A stretch of DNA of 64,000 bases, taken from Flavobacterium sp. Lineage in GTDB: Bacteria; Bacteroidota; Bacteroidia; Flavobacteriales; Flavobacteriaceae. Under the pieces are notes generated by a model. It searched no databases. It saw only the letters and a list, made by a program, of their open reading frames with translations, and was not told the DNA's origin. The stretch covers positions 12,899 to 76,898 of the forward strand of contig JBEBOB010000006.1 of assembly GCA_040396655.1 (NCBI GenBank), in the 5' to 3' direction. Positions 31,588-41,577 of this stretch are shown here, piece after piece. The first letter of the stretch is position 1; each line of letters opens with the position of its first letter. Both the position numbers and the translations under genes were made by a program.

Positions 31588-32007
31588 TTAATTCTTGAAA
31601 CGTTCCCATTTTATGACCATAAACTTATCTCCCAGTTCTGTCACAATTACACCCGAACCTTTAATGTTTTTTGGATTGTCGAAATACTTGCTGAGCTCTG
31701 CGGCATTAAGGATTTTATAGGTAGGGTGGTATTCGGAATTATAAGGACGCTTGATGTTGTATTTCTTAACCCAGTTCATGATGGTTACATGCGAAATTCC
31801 GAGTATACGTTCAATTTCACGATATGTAAGCCCCTCCAGGTAAAGCTGAAGTGATTTGTTTACATAGTAGTCGTCAATTTGTTTTCCCAGTTTGTTTACC
31901 GTGAAAAAGTAGTTGCACTTTTTACACTTAAAACGCTGACGCTCATTTACAATTCCTGCCTTAACGTATAAATCGGATCCGCAATTTGGACATGTATTTT
32001 GTTTCAT
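31588..32007 (-). CDS. Stand-alone IS1 InsA-like C4 zinc finger + HTH protein (probable regulator)
   Basis: CPNC-x19-CKKC finger, LYLEGLTYREIERILGISHVTIMNWVKK HTH; no InsB/DDE frame and no terminal inverted repeats seen. Confidence 0.75.
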   Translation of the reverse strand: MKQNTCPNCGSDLYVKAGIVNERQRFKCKKCNYFFTVNKLGKQIDDYYVNKSLQLYLEGLTYREIERILGISHVTIMNWVKKYNIKRPYNSEYHPTYKILNAAELSKYFDNPKNIKGSGVIVTELGDKFMVIKWERFKN

Positions 32008-32327
32008 GTATATTATTTTAGCATAAATATAATAAATTAGCAATATATACAATATTTTAATACGTTAATGTTAATTAAATTCATTTAAAAAAATATAAAG
32101 TATAAAAAAAAGTTTCTTTTTGTGTAAAATTGATAAGTATTTTGCTTTTATTCCAATAATGCTTTTTTTTCTTTTTCTATATATACCGGGTTTGTTTTTT
32201 TGATGAGGTCTAAAAACCGGCTTTAAGAGAGAAACTTTAAAACAAAAACAACCTCTGTGTAAGCGAATTTTAATAAATTTAAATAATGTACTTTTAGACC
32301 GTTTTTATTTTGATTAATTCACAGCAT

Positions 32328-33062
32328 ATGAGCAAGTTTATATATTTTGTTTTTATTTTATCTTCTTTTACAACCATGGCACAGGAACTTAAAAAAATTA
32401 CTTATACCGATGGAACTTCTGAGCATATTGCAGAAGCCATAATTCAAAAAAAAGGACTACCCGGAGTTCTCATCCTTCCGGCGTGGATGGGAATCGATGA
32501 GGAAGCGCGTACTGCTGCAAAAGAACTGGCCCAAAAAGGGTACAATGTACTGATTGCCGATATATACGGAACCTTCGATACGCCTTCGTCAATGGAGGCT
32601 GCTAAAAAGATATCCGGTTTTTACAAGGAACATCCTGATGCGTTTCAACATAAAATAAGACTTGCCCTGGAACAGCTTGTCTCATTGGGAGCCATAGCTG
32701 AAAAAACGGCTGTAATAGGTTACTGTTTCGGAGGAACGGGCGCTGTTGAGGCTGCGCGCGGAAACCTGCCCTTTACCGGGGTGGTATCAATTCACGGCGG
32801 ACTTAAAAAAGCCGATAAAACCTATTCAGAGATACGGCCCAAAGTGTTGATCGTAAACCCTTCTGAAGATGAATCGGTTTCGAAGCAGGATATAGATTCG
32901 TTCATGGACGAAATGCGCAAAGGGCATGCAGATTGGCAGTTCATCTATTATGCAGACAGCAAGCATACTTTCACGAATCCGTCCTCAAAAGATTACAATC
33001 CTGTAATGGCGCAACGGGCATGGAATCATACCGTGATGTTCCTGGAAGAGGTCTTAAAGTAA
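32328..33062 (+). CDS. Dienelactone hydrolase family protein
   Basis: GYCFGG nucleophile elbow, VSIHGGL, HTFTNP; signal-like N-terminus. Confidence 0.9.
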   Translation: MSKFIYFVFILSSFTTMAQELKKITYTDGTSEHIAEAIIQKKGLPGVLILPAWMGIDEEARTAAKELAQKGYNVLIADIYGTFDTPSSMEAAKKISGFYKEHPDAFQHKIRLALEQLVSLGAIAEKTAVIGYCFGGTGAVEAARGNLPFTGVVSIHGGLKKADKTYSEIRPKVLIVNPSEDESVSKQDIDSFMDEMRKGHADWQFIYYADSKHTFTNPSSKDYNPVMAQRAWNHTVMFLEEVLK

Positions 33063-33081
33063 TCTCAGGGTACTGCCCTAC

Positions 33082-33666
33082 CTAGAAAGAAGCTGTTATT
33101 CCTGCTGCCTGCATATAACTTCTCAATATCGTTTTACCGGCAAAATCCATAACGCTTGAAAGGCGGTCGTTATATTCAAACTGCAGGTCTTCATGCAGTT
33201 TGGAATAAAGGGTTATGATGGTTTTAATACGGGTTGCCTGATAAACAAAGTGGGCTTCATTATAAGCAGAACGGAGAGCTTCTTCGTAAATATGGGGATA
33301 GGTTTGGAATGACCATTCAACAATCATAAGGCGTAAATCAAGTTCACTTTCCTTGTTTTTGGTGATGGCAGCATGCTCGTTTACGATTCCGCTTGCAGCT
33401 TTCAGATAAGCCGTAAGTTCTTTATACCGTTTTGCAGCCCGCTGTTTCGCATTACCCTTAATCGCTCTCGAAAAAACGATTTCTAGTTTTTCCTTTACCT
33501 GACGGATACGCGAATAAAGGTCGTTTTCATCTTCAAGTAAGAGGTAATGAAGCTGTTCCATAAGCCTTTTATCCTTGTTGATGAGTCGCACTAAAAGTTT
33601 ATCCTTTTCTTTTTGGGATTGACGCAGGATAGCCTCTTTAAGTTCGGGTTGCTGGTTTAAAGTCAT
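33082..33666 (-). CDS. Hypothetical alpha-helical protein
   Basis: 194-aa ORF, KEKDKLLVRLINKD. Confidence 0.6.
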   Translation of the reverse strand: MTLNQQPELKEAILRQSQKEKDKLLVRLINKDKRLMEQLHYLLLEDENDLYSRIRQVKEKLEIVFSRAIKGNAKQRAAKRYKELTAYLKAASGIVNEHAAITKNKESELDLRLMIVEWSFQTYPHIYEEALRSAYNEAHFVYQATRIKTIITLYSKLHEDLQFEYNDRLSSVMDFAGKTILRSYMQAAGITASF

Positions 33667-33817
33667 GATAAAGAGTCAGAATTATACAGTACAAATCTAC
33701 ATTTATTATAAGCATCTCCCGTACCTGTATACCATAAATTATAGTAAATGAGCGTCTTTGTGTGTTTGAACGGAAATATTTTGTAACTTTGTCTTTCATT
33801 AAAAAGTTTCGAGGTAT

Positions 33818-33856
33818 GTGAAAAGCACATTTTTTCAGATTGTTAGATTAAAATAA
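33818..33856 (+). other. Candidate leader peptide uORF (GTG start) MKSTFFQIVRLK
   Basis: Lies between promoter TAACTTTG (33784-33791) and the ABC-F ATG; ends in RLK-stop. Confidence 0.4.
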
Positions 33857-33902
33857 ATCACCAAGTGGTTTGTTTCATTTTGTACATCTTTAAAAATGAA
33901 TC

Positions 33903-35489
33903 ATGTTTACCTTACAGAATATATCGTACTTTCATCCCAACAGGGATCTTTTGTTCCGTAACATCAGTTTTACTGTGAACAAGAATACTAAAGCGGCGTT
34001 GGTTGGAAATAACGGTGCCGGAAAATCAACTCTTTTAAGAATAATGGCGAAAGAACTTGAGCCGTCGGAAGGAAGCCTTATAACAGAAGCTTTGCCTTAT
34101 TATGTACCTCAGGTTTTCGGACAGTTCAATCATCTTACGGTTGCGGAAGCACTGAATATAGACGGAAAGCTCAGGGCGTTGCACGAAATTTTAAAAGGAA
34201 ATGTTACTGAAGGCCTATATGAGGCGTTGAACGACGACTGGACAGTTGAGGACCGTTGCCGCGAAGCTCTGGAGTACTGGAAATTATCGGAAATTGGCCT
34301 TTTTCAGAAAATGGATACGTTGAGTGGAGGCCAGAAAACAAAAGTTTTTCTTGCGGGAATCCATATCCACCGGCCGGAACTTATCTTGCTCGATGAACCA
34401 AGCAACCACCTTGATATACAGGGGCGGCAGCTTCTGTACGACTTTATCGTTTCAACGGGCAGTACCGTACTGGTTGTGAGCCATGACCGTGTGCTGCTGA
34501 ACCTTCTTGATGTTATTTATGAATTAGATAGGCGCGGTATAACAACGTATGGCGGCACTTATAATTTTTTCTGTGAACAGAAACGCCTGGAGGCAGCATC
34601 CCTGGCCCACGATGTGCTGAGTAAGGAAAAGGAATTGAAGAAGGCAAGGGAAAAAGAACGGGAAACCCAGGAAAGGCAGCAAAAGGCAGATGCCAGAGGC
34701 AGGAAAAAACAGGAAAAAGCCGGTGTTGCCAGAATCATGATGAACACGCTAAGGAATGGTGCCGAGAACAGTACGGCCAGGCTAAAAGGCGTTCATGAAG
34801 AAAAGATAGGCGGAATTTCGCAAGAGTTGCGTGCATTAAGAAACGGGCTTCCGGGTATAGACAAAATACAGTTCGGTTTTGGGGTTTCTTCTATACCTAA
34901 TGGAAAAATGCTGTTCCGGGCAGAACAGCTAAATTATCGCTATGAAAAGGCCAATCTGTGGCAGGAAGGCCTTACTTTTCAGATTGTAAGCGGTGACCGT
35001 GTAACGTTAAAGGGCGCAAATGGTTCGGGCAAAACAACACTGATCCGGATGCTGATGGGAGAATTGGAGCCTTTTGAAGGCGTGCTGACGCGTACCCAGG
35101 TAAAACCTGTTTATATAGATCAGGATTATTCCGGAATTCAGCCGGGAATTACCGTCTATGAACAGGCTCAGGCAGCCAATACGGACTCCTTGCCGGAGCA
35201 CGAGATCAAAACAAAACTCAGCCAGTTTTTATTTACAAGCCATGAATGGAACAAACCATGTGAATCTTTAAGCGGAGGGGAAAGAATGCGGTTGCTGTTA
35301 TGTTGCCTAACCATCTCCATAAAAGCACCGGATGTCATCATACTTGACGAACCGACCAATAACCTGGATGTCCAGAATATTGAAATCCTTACAAAGGCAA
35401 TTAATGAATTTAAAGGGACCCTCATTGTTGTATCGCATGACACCTCATTCCTCAATGATATTAATATAGTGAAAAATATTATAATATAG
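33903..35489 (+). CDS. ABC-F family ATPase (ribosome-associated, possibly antibiotic resistance type)
   Basis: Two NBDs: GNNGAGKST/LSGGQ/LDEPSNHLD and GANGSGKTT/LSGGE/LDEPTNNLD; charged helical linker; no TM. Confidence 0.92.
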   Translation: MFTLQNISYFHPNRDLLFRNISFTVNKNTKAALVGNNGAGKSTLLRIMAKELEPSEGSLITEALPYYVPQVFGQFNHLTVAEALNIDGKLRALHEILKGNVTEGLYEALNDDWTVEDRCREALEYWKLSEIGLFQKMDTLSGGQKTKVFLAGIHIHRPELILLDEPSNHLDIQGRQLLYDFIVSTGSTVLVVSHDRVLLNLLDVIYELDRRGITTYGGTYNFFCEQKRLEAASLAHDVLSKEKELKKAREKERETQERQQKADARGRKKQEKAGVARIMMNTLRNGAENSTARLKGVHEEKIGGISQELRALRNGLPGIDKIQFGFGVSSIPNGKMLFRAEQLNYRYEKANLWQEGLTFQIVSGDRVTLKGANGSGKTTLIRMLMGELEPFEGVLTRTQVKPVYIDQDYSGIQPGITVYEQAQAANTDSLPEHEIKTKLSQFLFTSHEWNKPCESLSGGERMRLLLCCLTISIKAPDVIILDEPTNNLDVQNIEILTKAINEFKGTLIVVSHDTSFLNDINIVKNIII

Positions 35490-35594
35490 TTTTATTTCAC
35501 TGATATTTATTGTTTTATGTTGTTTATCTGTAGTTAAAGTTTAGTCTTGTTAAATAAAAAATGCCTCTTTTAAGAGGCTTTTTTTATTTAAGTT

Positions 35595-36827
35595 TTAGTG
35601 GGCATGGCCACCTGAATTGCTTAATTTTGCATTGATGAAAAAGGCTCCTTTGGTCACTATTACGACATCCGGGGCAAGCTTTTTTACAGGTGTAATAGCA
35701 GTGTATCCCAAATTGGAAACACCCTTTGCTACTTCTATTTTTTCAAATGTAATTCCGCTTTGCGCGCCGTGTTCATGGTCGTGCTCCTCACCTTCTTTAT
35801 GAACGTGTTTTTCTGCTTCGGTCCGTATAAAGATGTAATACGATCCATCGGCTTCCACTATAGCATCATTAGGAACAGCATCAAGAAAAACATTATCCGT
35901 AGCAATCATACCGGTCACGTTCATCCCGTCTATAAGGCCGTCGACATTTCCGGTCACCTTACAATGTACGTCAATCGTTTTACTGTCGTTCTCGAACGAT
36001 GTACCGATGCTGAATACTTTGGCGTCATAGGTCTTTTCCGGGTTATTGGTTAACGTAAAATGAACCATCTGTCCTTCCTTAACTTTAAGCAGGTCTTTTT
36101 CAAATATCTGCAGGTCCAGGTGAAGCGATTCATTGTCAACAATTTCCGCTACAGGAGAAGACACGTCCACATAACTGCCTATGGAAGCCGTAACATTGCT
36201 TATTGTTCCTGATATGGGACTTATCACGGTTAATACCGTTTTAAGGTTTCCGTTGTTAAGGCCGTCCGGGTTCACTCCCATAAGCTGTATTTGTTTGCGC
36301 AGTGATGCCTTCCGTGTTTTAAGGGCATTAAGTGTTGCAGAGGCGCTTTGAAGGTTCTTCTTGGCCCCGGCATTCCCTTCGAACAATTCGTTCTGCCTCC
36401 GCATTTCCTGTTCAGCCAGTACTAACTGGCTGTTAATGGTGAGGTAATCTTCCTGCAACTGTATAAATTGCGGATTGGAAATGGTCGCAATTACCTGTCC
36501 TTTGCGTACATGGTCTCCAAGCTGGACATTGAGTGTTTTGATAACCCCTCCGAACAAGGCCGTAATGCTGGCTTTTCTGTCGTTGGGTACACGTAAAAAG
36601 CCATTGGCCTGTATGCTTGCGGTAAGCTGCTTCTGTTCAACAGAACCAAACGTAATACCGACCTCTTTAATTTGCTCGGGAGTAAGTGTGGCACTTGTTC
36701 CGCCCGTTTCATGCTGTTCTTCCTCATGTCCGTGTCCGTGAGCATCACTTTCTGCTTTCTTCTGACCGCAACTGGCAATGAGTAATAGGATTACAGGTAG
36801 GTACAGATGTTTTACTAGGTGTTTCAT
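35595..36827 (-). CDS. Heavy-metal RND periplasmic adaptor (CzcB/CusB-like) lipoprotein
   Basis: Lipobox LLIASC, His-rich segments (HGHGHEEEQHE, HVHKEGEEHDHEH), C-terminal GGHAH. Confidence 0.9.
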   Translation of the reverse strand: MKHLVKHLYLPVILLLIASCGQKKAESDAHGHGHEEEQHETGGTSATLTPEQIKEVGITFGSVEQKQLTASIQANGFLRVPNDRKASITALFGGVIKTLNVQLGDHVRKGQVIATISNPQFIQLQEDYLTINSQLVLAEQEMRRQNELFEGNAGAKKNLQSASATLNALKTRKASLRKQIQLMGVNPDGLNNGNLKTVLTVISPISGTISNVTASIGSYVDVSSPVAEIVDNESLHLDLQIFEKDLLKVKEGQMVHFTLTNNPEKTYDAKVFSIGTSFENDSKTIDVHCKVTGNVDGLIDGMNVTGMIATDNVFLDAVPNDAIVEADGSYYIFIRTEAEKHVHKEGEEHDHEHGAQSGITFEKIEVAKGVSNLGYTAITPVKKLAPDVVIVTKGAFFINAKLSNSGGHAH

Positions 36828-36833
36828 GGTAAA

Positions 36834-39800
36834 TTATTTGTTGTTGAAATAATGATATTGAATGACCGACTGGTTATATTGGTTCAGTACGTCGAGGTAG
36901 TTCTGACGTATACTTATGGCCTGGCTCAGGAACTGGCTAAGCTCAGCAAAACTGATTTCGCCGGCCTTATATGCAAGGCTCGATGCTTTGATGATGGCAT
37001 CAGCATGTTGCAACCCGCTGTCTTCATAAAAACGGAGCAGTTCTTCATTTTTATCGATCTCGGTAAGGGCATTCTGCTTTTGGGTTTGCATATACTGTTG
37101 TTCATAAAGCAATTTTTCCTGCTCCACGTCCTTTTCAGCTATGGCTGTTTTTACCTTGTTTCTGTAAGCACCTGTTCCGAAAAGCGGGAACGAGGCGGAG
37201 ACCGAAAAGCCGGACATAGGGTTTTCAGCTCCCCAAAGGCGCTGGCTGAAGAAACGGCCAGAGAATTCTGGTTTGTTGGTGTTTTTAACAACAGAAATAT
37301 TCGAAGCCGCGACATGAACAGATTGCTGCTGCTTTAGTACCAGCGGATGCTGTGCAATTTCTCCTTCCGGTTCCTGCTCTATTTTTATGAGGGGCATATC
37401 AACCGGAACGATAAGGTCTTCAACGTTTAACAGCAGCATAAGCTGTTTTTGTTCCATACTGAAATCCTGGGTATTCTGGTTTATACGCGTTCGCAGCTCT
37501 TTCATTTTAACCTCTGCAGAAATCTGGTCAAGTTTGGCAACATCACCTGCTTTCACACGTGTTTCTGCAGCCTGATAAAGCGAAGTATAGATGCTGTCGA
37601 GCCTTTGAAGGAGCTTGTGTTGCTCCTGCAGGTACCACAACTGGAAATAGGTCGAACGAACTTCCTTCACGATATTGAGGTTGAGCACTTCCCTGTTCAG
37701 CTGTGTGGATTTTAACTGTTCCTGGAAATAATTCTTCCGCGCGGCATAAAGTCCCGGCCATTCGATGTTCTGCATGATTCCTATTTTTAAAACACCGGTA
37801 TGGTCAGTGGGACGAAGGTCTTCGTTCTCAACAAAAAAGCCTGTTTTCGGAAGCTCACTGGCTGTTTGTACATTGAAAGACGAAGATCGCAGTTCAGCGT
37901 CGTTGATGCTGTACTGGCGATTTCCGGTAAGAGCCGTTTCCACTGCCTGATTCAGGGTAACGGGCTGCTGGGCCTGCATGGTCATGCTTCCCAGAAGCAT
38001 ACCTGTGAATAAGAAGGTTTTCATAGAAGTTTTAAGGTTTGGTCGAAATTTACTGTTGACGATAAGGTACAGCAACGGCAGTACGAAAAGCGTAAGGAAC
38101 GTGGCACTTGCAAGTCCCCCTATCACGACCGTTGCCAGAGGTTTCTGTACTTCTGCCCCTGCTCCGGAACTGATGGCCATTGGCAGAAAGCCAAGTGAAG
38201 CAACAGTAGCTGTCATGAGTACGGGGCGAAGTCGCGTTTTAGTCCCCTCCATCACACGCTTAAGGATATTGTCTTCCCCTTCTTTTTCCAATTGGTTAAA
38301 CGTCCCTATAAGGACGATACCGTTTAAAACCGCAACACCAAATAAGGCAATGAAGCCTATGGCCGCACTTATGCTGAAAGGCATATCCCGAATAAGAAGG
38401 GCAAACACCCCTCCTATGGCGCTCATAGGAATCGCGGTGAAGATAAGTACAGCCTGTTTAAACGAATGGAAGGTAAAATACAGCAACATAAAGATGAGCA
38501 ATAAAGAAACAGGGACGGCGATCATTAAACTGGCACTGGCTTTCTGAAGATTTTCAAACTGCCCCCCGTAGGTGAAATAGTAACCAGACGGCAAAGGTAC
38601 TTTTGCATTGAGCTCGGCCTGTATGTCTTCTACGACACTTTGCACATCGCGTCCCGAAACATTGAATCCGATGACAATTCTGCGTTTCCCGGCTTCCCGG
38701 CTTATCTGTGCAGGTCCCAGCTTATAATCAACGGTAGCTACCTGTGTAAGCGGTATCTGCTGCCCTGTTTTTGTTGAAATTGTAAGGTTTCGTACGTCCT
38801 CAATACTGGTACGGTGGATGCTGTCAAGACGTACGACAAGATCAAAACGACGCTCGTTTTCAAAGACCACTCCGGCACTTTTACCTGCAAAAGCCGTACT
38901 GAGAATATTGTTTACATCCACAACAGACAACCCATAATTTGCCAGGCGCGTTCTGTTGTACGTTACATTGATCTGTGGAAGACCGCTGATGCGTTCCACC
39001 TGTGGTGCAGTAGCCCCGTTTACCGATTTGATCACCTGTTCGGCTTTGTCGGCGTAAAGTGCAAGGGTATCGAGGTTTTCGCCGAATATTTTAACGGCAA
39101 CGTCCTGTCTTATTCCGGTCATAAGTTCATTAAAACGCATTTGAATGGGTTGGTTTTTCTCAAAGAATACGCCGGGTACCACTTCTAGTTTTTCCATGAG
39201 TGCATTGGCAAGTTCTTCATAGCTCCTGCCCGATTTCCACTCGTCCTGAGGTTTTAATACGATGATAAGGTCGGTGGCCTCAGGAGGCATGGGGTCGGTA
39301 GGAACTTCGGGTGCCCCCGTTTTACCGACAACCATCTTAACTTCATCAAACTGCTTTATAATACGCGAAGCCAACATGGAAGTTTCTAAACTCTGGCTCA
39401 GGGAACTTCCCTGCGGAAGAATACAGTGAAAAGCAAAATCACCTTCTTTAAGCTGAGGAATGAATTCGCCCCCCATGTTATTGAAAAGGAAAGCACTTAA
39501 GGCAAAAACAGCAAGAGTACCGCCCACAAGCACATATTTTATCTTTATTGCTTTGCGCAAAAGAGGTTCGTAGATGCTGTGAAAGAAATCCATCATACGA
39601 TCACTGAAATTGCGTTTGTGTTCTGTCTTTTTAGAAAGGAACAGGGCACACATCATCGGGATATACGTAAGGGAAAGGATGAGCGCTCCTAAAATGGCAA
39701 AACCTACTGTTTTAGCCATAGGGGTAAACATTTTTCCTTCTACTCCTACAAGTGTAAGGATGGGAATGTATACAATGAGTATGATGATTTCTCCAAATGC

Positions 39801-41144
39801 CGCACTGGTACGTATTTTAGAAGCTGATTCATATACTTCCTGATCCATTTCGTGCTGGGTAAGCACTTTTTTCGATTTACGCTGGGTAATGTGGTGTAGG
39901 GTTGCTTCTACAATAATAACCGCACCATCCACTATGAGCCCGAAATCTATGGCGCCTAAGCTCATAAGGTTGGCGCTTACCCCGAATAAATCCATCATGC
40001 CCAAAGCAAAAAGAAGCGACAGCGGAATGGCTGAAGCCACGATAAGCCCTGCCCTGAAATTTCCCAGAAAAAGCACGAGTACGAAGATTACGATGAGCGC
40101 TCCTTCAATAAGGTTCTTTTCTACTGTTTGTATGGCCCGGTCAACCAAGTCGGTCCGATCCAGGTAAGGTTCAATAACGACGTCTTTCGGCAATGATTTT
40201 TGGATAACGGGAAGCTTTTCCTTGATGCGGTTGACCACCTCGTTGCTGTTTTCCCCTTTAAGCATCATAACCACACCTCCTACCGCATCAACCTCACCGT
40301 TATAGGTTAGGGCTCCGTAGCGGGTGGCATATCCGAAATGTACTTTGGCCACGTCCTTAATAAATACCGGTACAGCGCCCGAATTTTTAACGGCAATATT
40401 TTCTATATCTTCAAGTGAAGTAACCATGCCTATCCCCCTGATAAAGTAAGCGTTAGGTTTTTTGTCGATATAGGCTCCACCCGTATTCTGGTTGTTTTGT
40501 TCAAGAGCGTCAAACAGGTCGTTGATGCCGATGCCCATGGCACGCAGACGGTTGGGATCTACAGCTACTTCATATTGTTTAAGCTCTCCTCCGAAGCTGT
40601 TGACCTCTGCAATACCCGGCGTTCCGATCAGTTGCCGGGCTACGATCCAGTCCTGCATGGTACGCAGGTCTTTGGCGCTGTATTTATGCTCGCTTCCCTT
40701 TTTGGGATGTATGATGTACTGGTATACCTCACCGAGCCCGGTACTTACAGGTGCCATTTCTGGCCTCCCGGTATTCGCCGGAATGGCTTCTTCTGCTTCT
40801 TTGAGTTTTTCGCCAATAAGCTGGCGTGCAAAGTAAATATCCACATTTTCCTTGAATACGACCGTTATAACAGATAATCCGAAGCGCGAAATACTGCGTA
40901 CTTCTTCAATATCCGGAATGTTGGCAATACTCTGTTCAATGGGAAAAGTTACCAGCTGCTCTACTTCCTGACTTGCCAGGGTTGGACAAGTGGTGTAGAT
41001 CTGCACCTGGTTGTTGGTAATGTCCGGTACGGCATCTATGGGAAGTCGGGATGCGCTCCATATTCCCCAGATAATCCATACCAGCGTCATCAGCCCAATA
41101 ATAATCTTATTCTGGATGCTGAATTTAATGATACGGTCTAGCAC
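36834..41144 (-). CDS. CzcA/CusA heavy-metal RND transporter fused to a C-terminal TolC-like domain
   Basis: LPIDAVPDITNNQVQ, LGAIDFGLIVDGAVIIVE, TRLRPVLMTA, QKPLATVVIGG; about 380-aa OMF-like tail; GTG start. Confidence 0.93.
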   Translation of the reverse strand: MLDRIIKFSIQNKIIIGLMTLVWIIWGIWSASRLPIDAVPDITNNQVQIYTTCPTLASQEVEQLVTFPIEQSIANIPDIEEVRSISRFGLSVITVVFKENVDIYFARQLIGEKLKEAEEAIPANTGRPEMAPVSTGLGEVYQYIIHPKKGSEHKYSAKDLRTMQDWIVARQLIGTPGIAEVNSFGGELKQYEVAVDPNRLRAMGIGINDLFDALEQNNQNTGGAYIDKKPNAYFIRGIGMVTSLEDIENIAVKNSGAVPVFIKDVAKVHFGYATRYGALTYNGEVDAVGGVVMMLKGENSNEVVNRIKEKLPVIQKSLPKDVVIEPYLDRTDLVDRAIQTVEKNLIEGALIVIFVLVLFLGNFRAGLIVASAIPLSLLFALGMMDLFGVSANLMSLGAIDFGLIVDGAVIIVEATLHHITQRKSKKVLTQHEMDQEVYESASKIRTSAAFGEIIILIVYIPILTLVGVEGKMFTPMAKTVGFAILGALILSLTYIPMMCALFLSKKTEHKRNFSDRMMDFFHSIYEPLLRKAIKIKYVLVGGTLAVFALSAFLFNNMGGEFIPQLKEGDFAFHCILPQGSSLSQSLETSMLASRIIKQFDEVKMVVGKTGAPEVPTDPMPPEATDLIIVLKPQDEWKSGRSYEELANALMEKLEVVPGVFFEKNQPIQMRFNELMTGIRQDVAVKIFGENLDTLALYADKAEQVIKSVNGATAPQVERISGLPQINVTYNRTRLANYGLSVVDVNNILSTAFAGKSAGVVFENERRFDLVVRLDSIHRTSIEDVRNLTISTKTGQQIPLTQVATVDYKLGPAQISREAGKRRIVIGFNVSGRDVQSVVEDIQAELNAKVPLPSGYYFTYGGQFENLQKASASLMIAVPVSLLLIFMLLYFTFHSFKQAVLIFTAIPMSAIGGVFALLIRDMPFSISAAIGFIALFGVAVLNGIVLIGTFNQLEKEGEDNILKRVMEGTKTRLRPVLMTATVASLGFLPMAISSGAGAEVQKPLATVVIGGLASATFLTLFVLPLLYLIVNSKFRPNLKTSMKTFLFTGMLLGSMTMQAQQPVTLNQAVETALTGNRQYSINDAELRSSSFNVQTASELPKTGFFVENEDLRPTDHTGVLKIGIMQNIEWPGLYAARKNYFQEQLKSTQLNREVLNLNIVKEVRSTYFQLWYLQEQHKLLQRLDSIYTSLYQAAETRVKAGDVAKLDQISAEVKMKELRTRINQNTQDFSMEQKQLMLLLNVEDLIVPVDMPLIKIEQEPEGEIAQHPLVLKQQQSVHVAASNISVVKNTNKPEFSGRFFSQRLWGAENPMSGFSVSASFPLFGTGAYRNKVKTAIAEKDVEQEKLLYEQQYMQTQKQNALTEIDKNEELLRFYEDSGLQHADAIIKASSLAYKAGEISFAELSQFLSQAISIRQNYLDVLNQYNQSVIQYHYFNNK

Positions 41145-41241
41145 AAATTCTAAAATTTAAAATATAACAATAACGACCGTTCGCAGCTTTGCGAACAGCA
41201 TGCCCGATCCGCATAAAGGGGATTACAGGCTTAAAACAATG

Positions 41242-41577
41242 TTATACAGTAATTTTAGGAGGTTGCCAGATACTTCCAAAGTAAGAGGACTGAAGTATGT
41301 TTTTACGGATGATAACCTTTTTCGAAACAACAGGAATGTGCTGAACGGAAATTTCAGGCATCTCATACTGCTGAAAAGCTGTTGGCACGCCGCAGCAGGC
41401 ACAGTAACAAAAAGGAGAACAACTGTCGGCATGTCCGCGGTCTCTTAGGTGCATGTGGTTTTCCGTATGTCCGGCAGATGCATGTTGGTGGTCGTTGCGT
41501 ACGGATACGGCATCACTGCAGGGCACGAAAGAAAGTGCCAGCATATAAAGCGTCCATATTGCAAATAACCATTTCAT
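41242..41577 (-). CDS. Small His/Cys-rich protein (DUF6660-like) heading the metal efflux operon
   Basis: Hydrophobic N-terminus, HQHASAGHTENHMH, CSPFCYCACC, IWQPPK; promoter TATATTTG at 41583-41590. Confidence 0.75.
   Translation of the reverse strand: MKWLFAIWTLYMLALSFVPCSDAVSVRNDHQHASAGHTENHMHLRDRGHADSCSPFCYCACCGVPTAFQQYEMPEISVQHIPVVSKKVIIRKNILQSSYFGSIWQPPKITV

Noticed and set aside
31588-32052. Active IS1 element
   Set aside because: No InsB/DDE domain, terminal inverted repeats or target duplication seen; treated as a domesticated protein.
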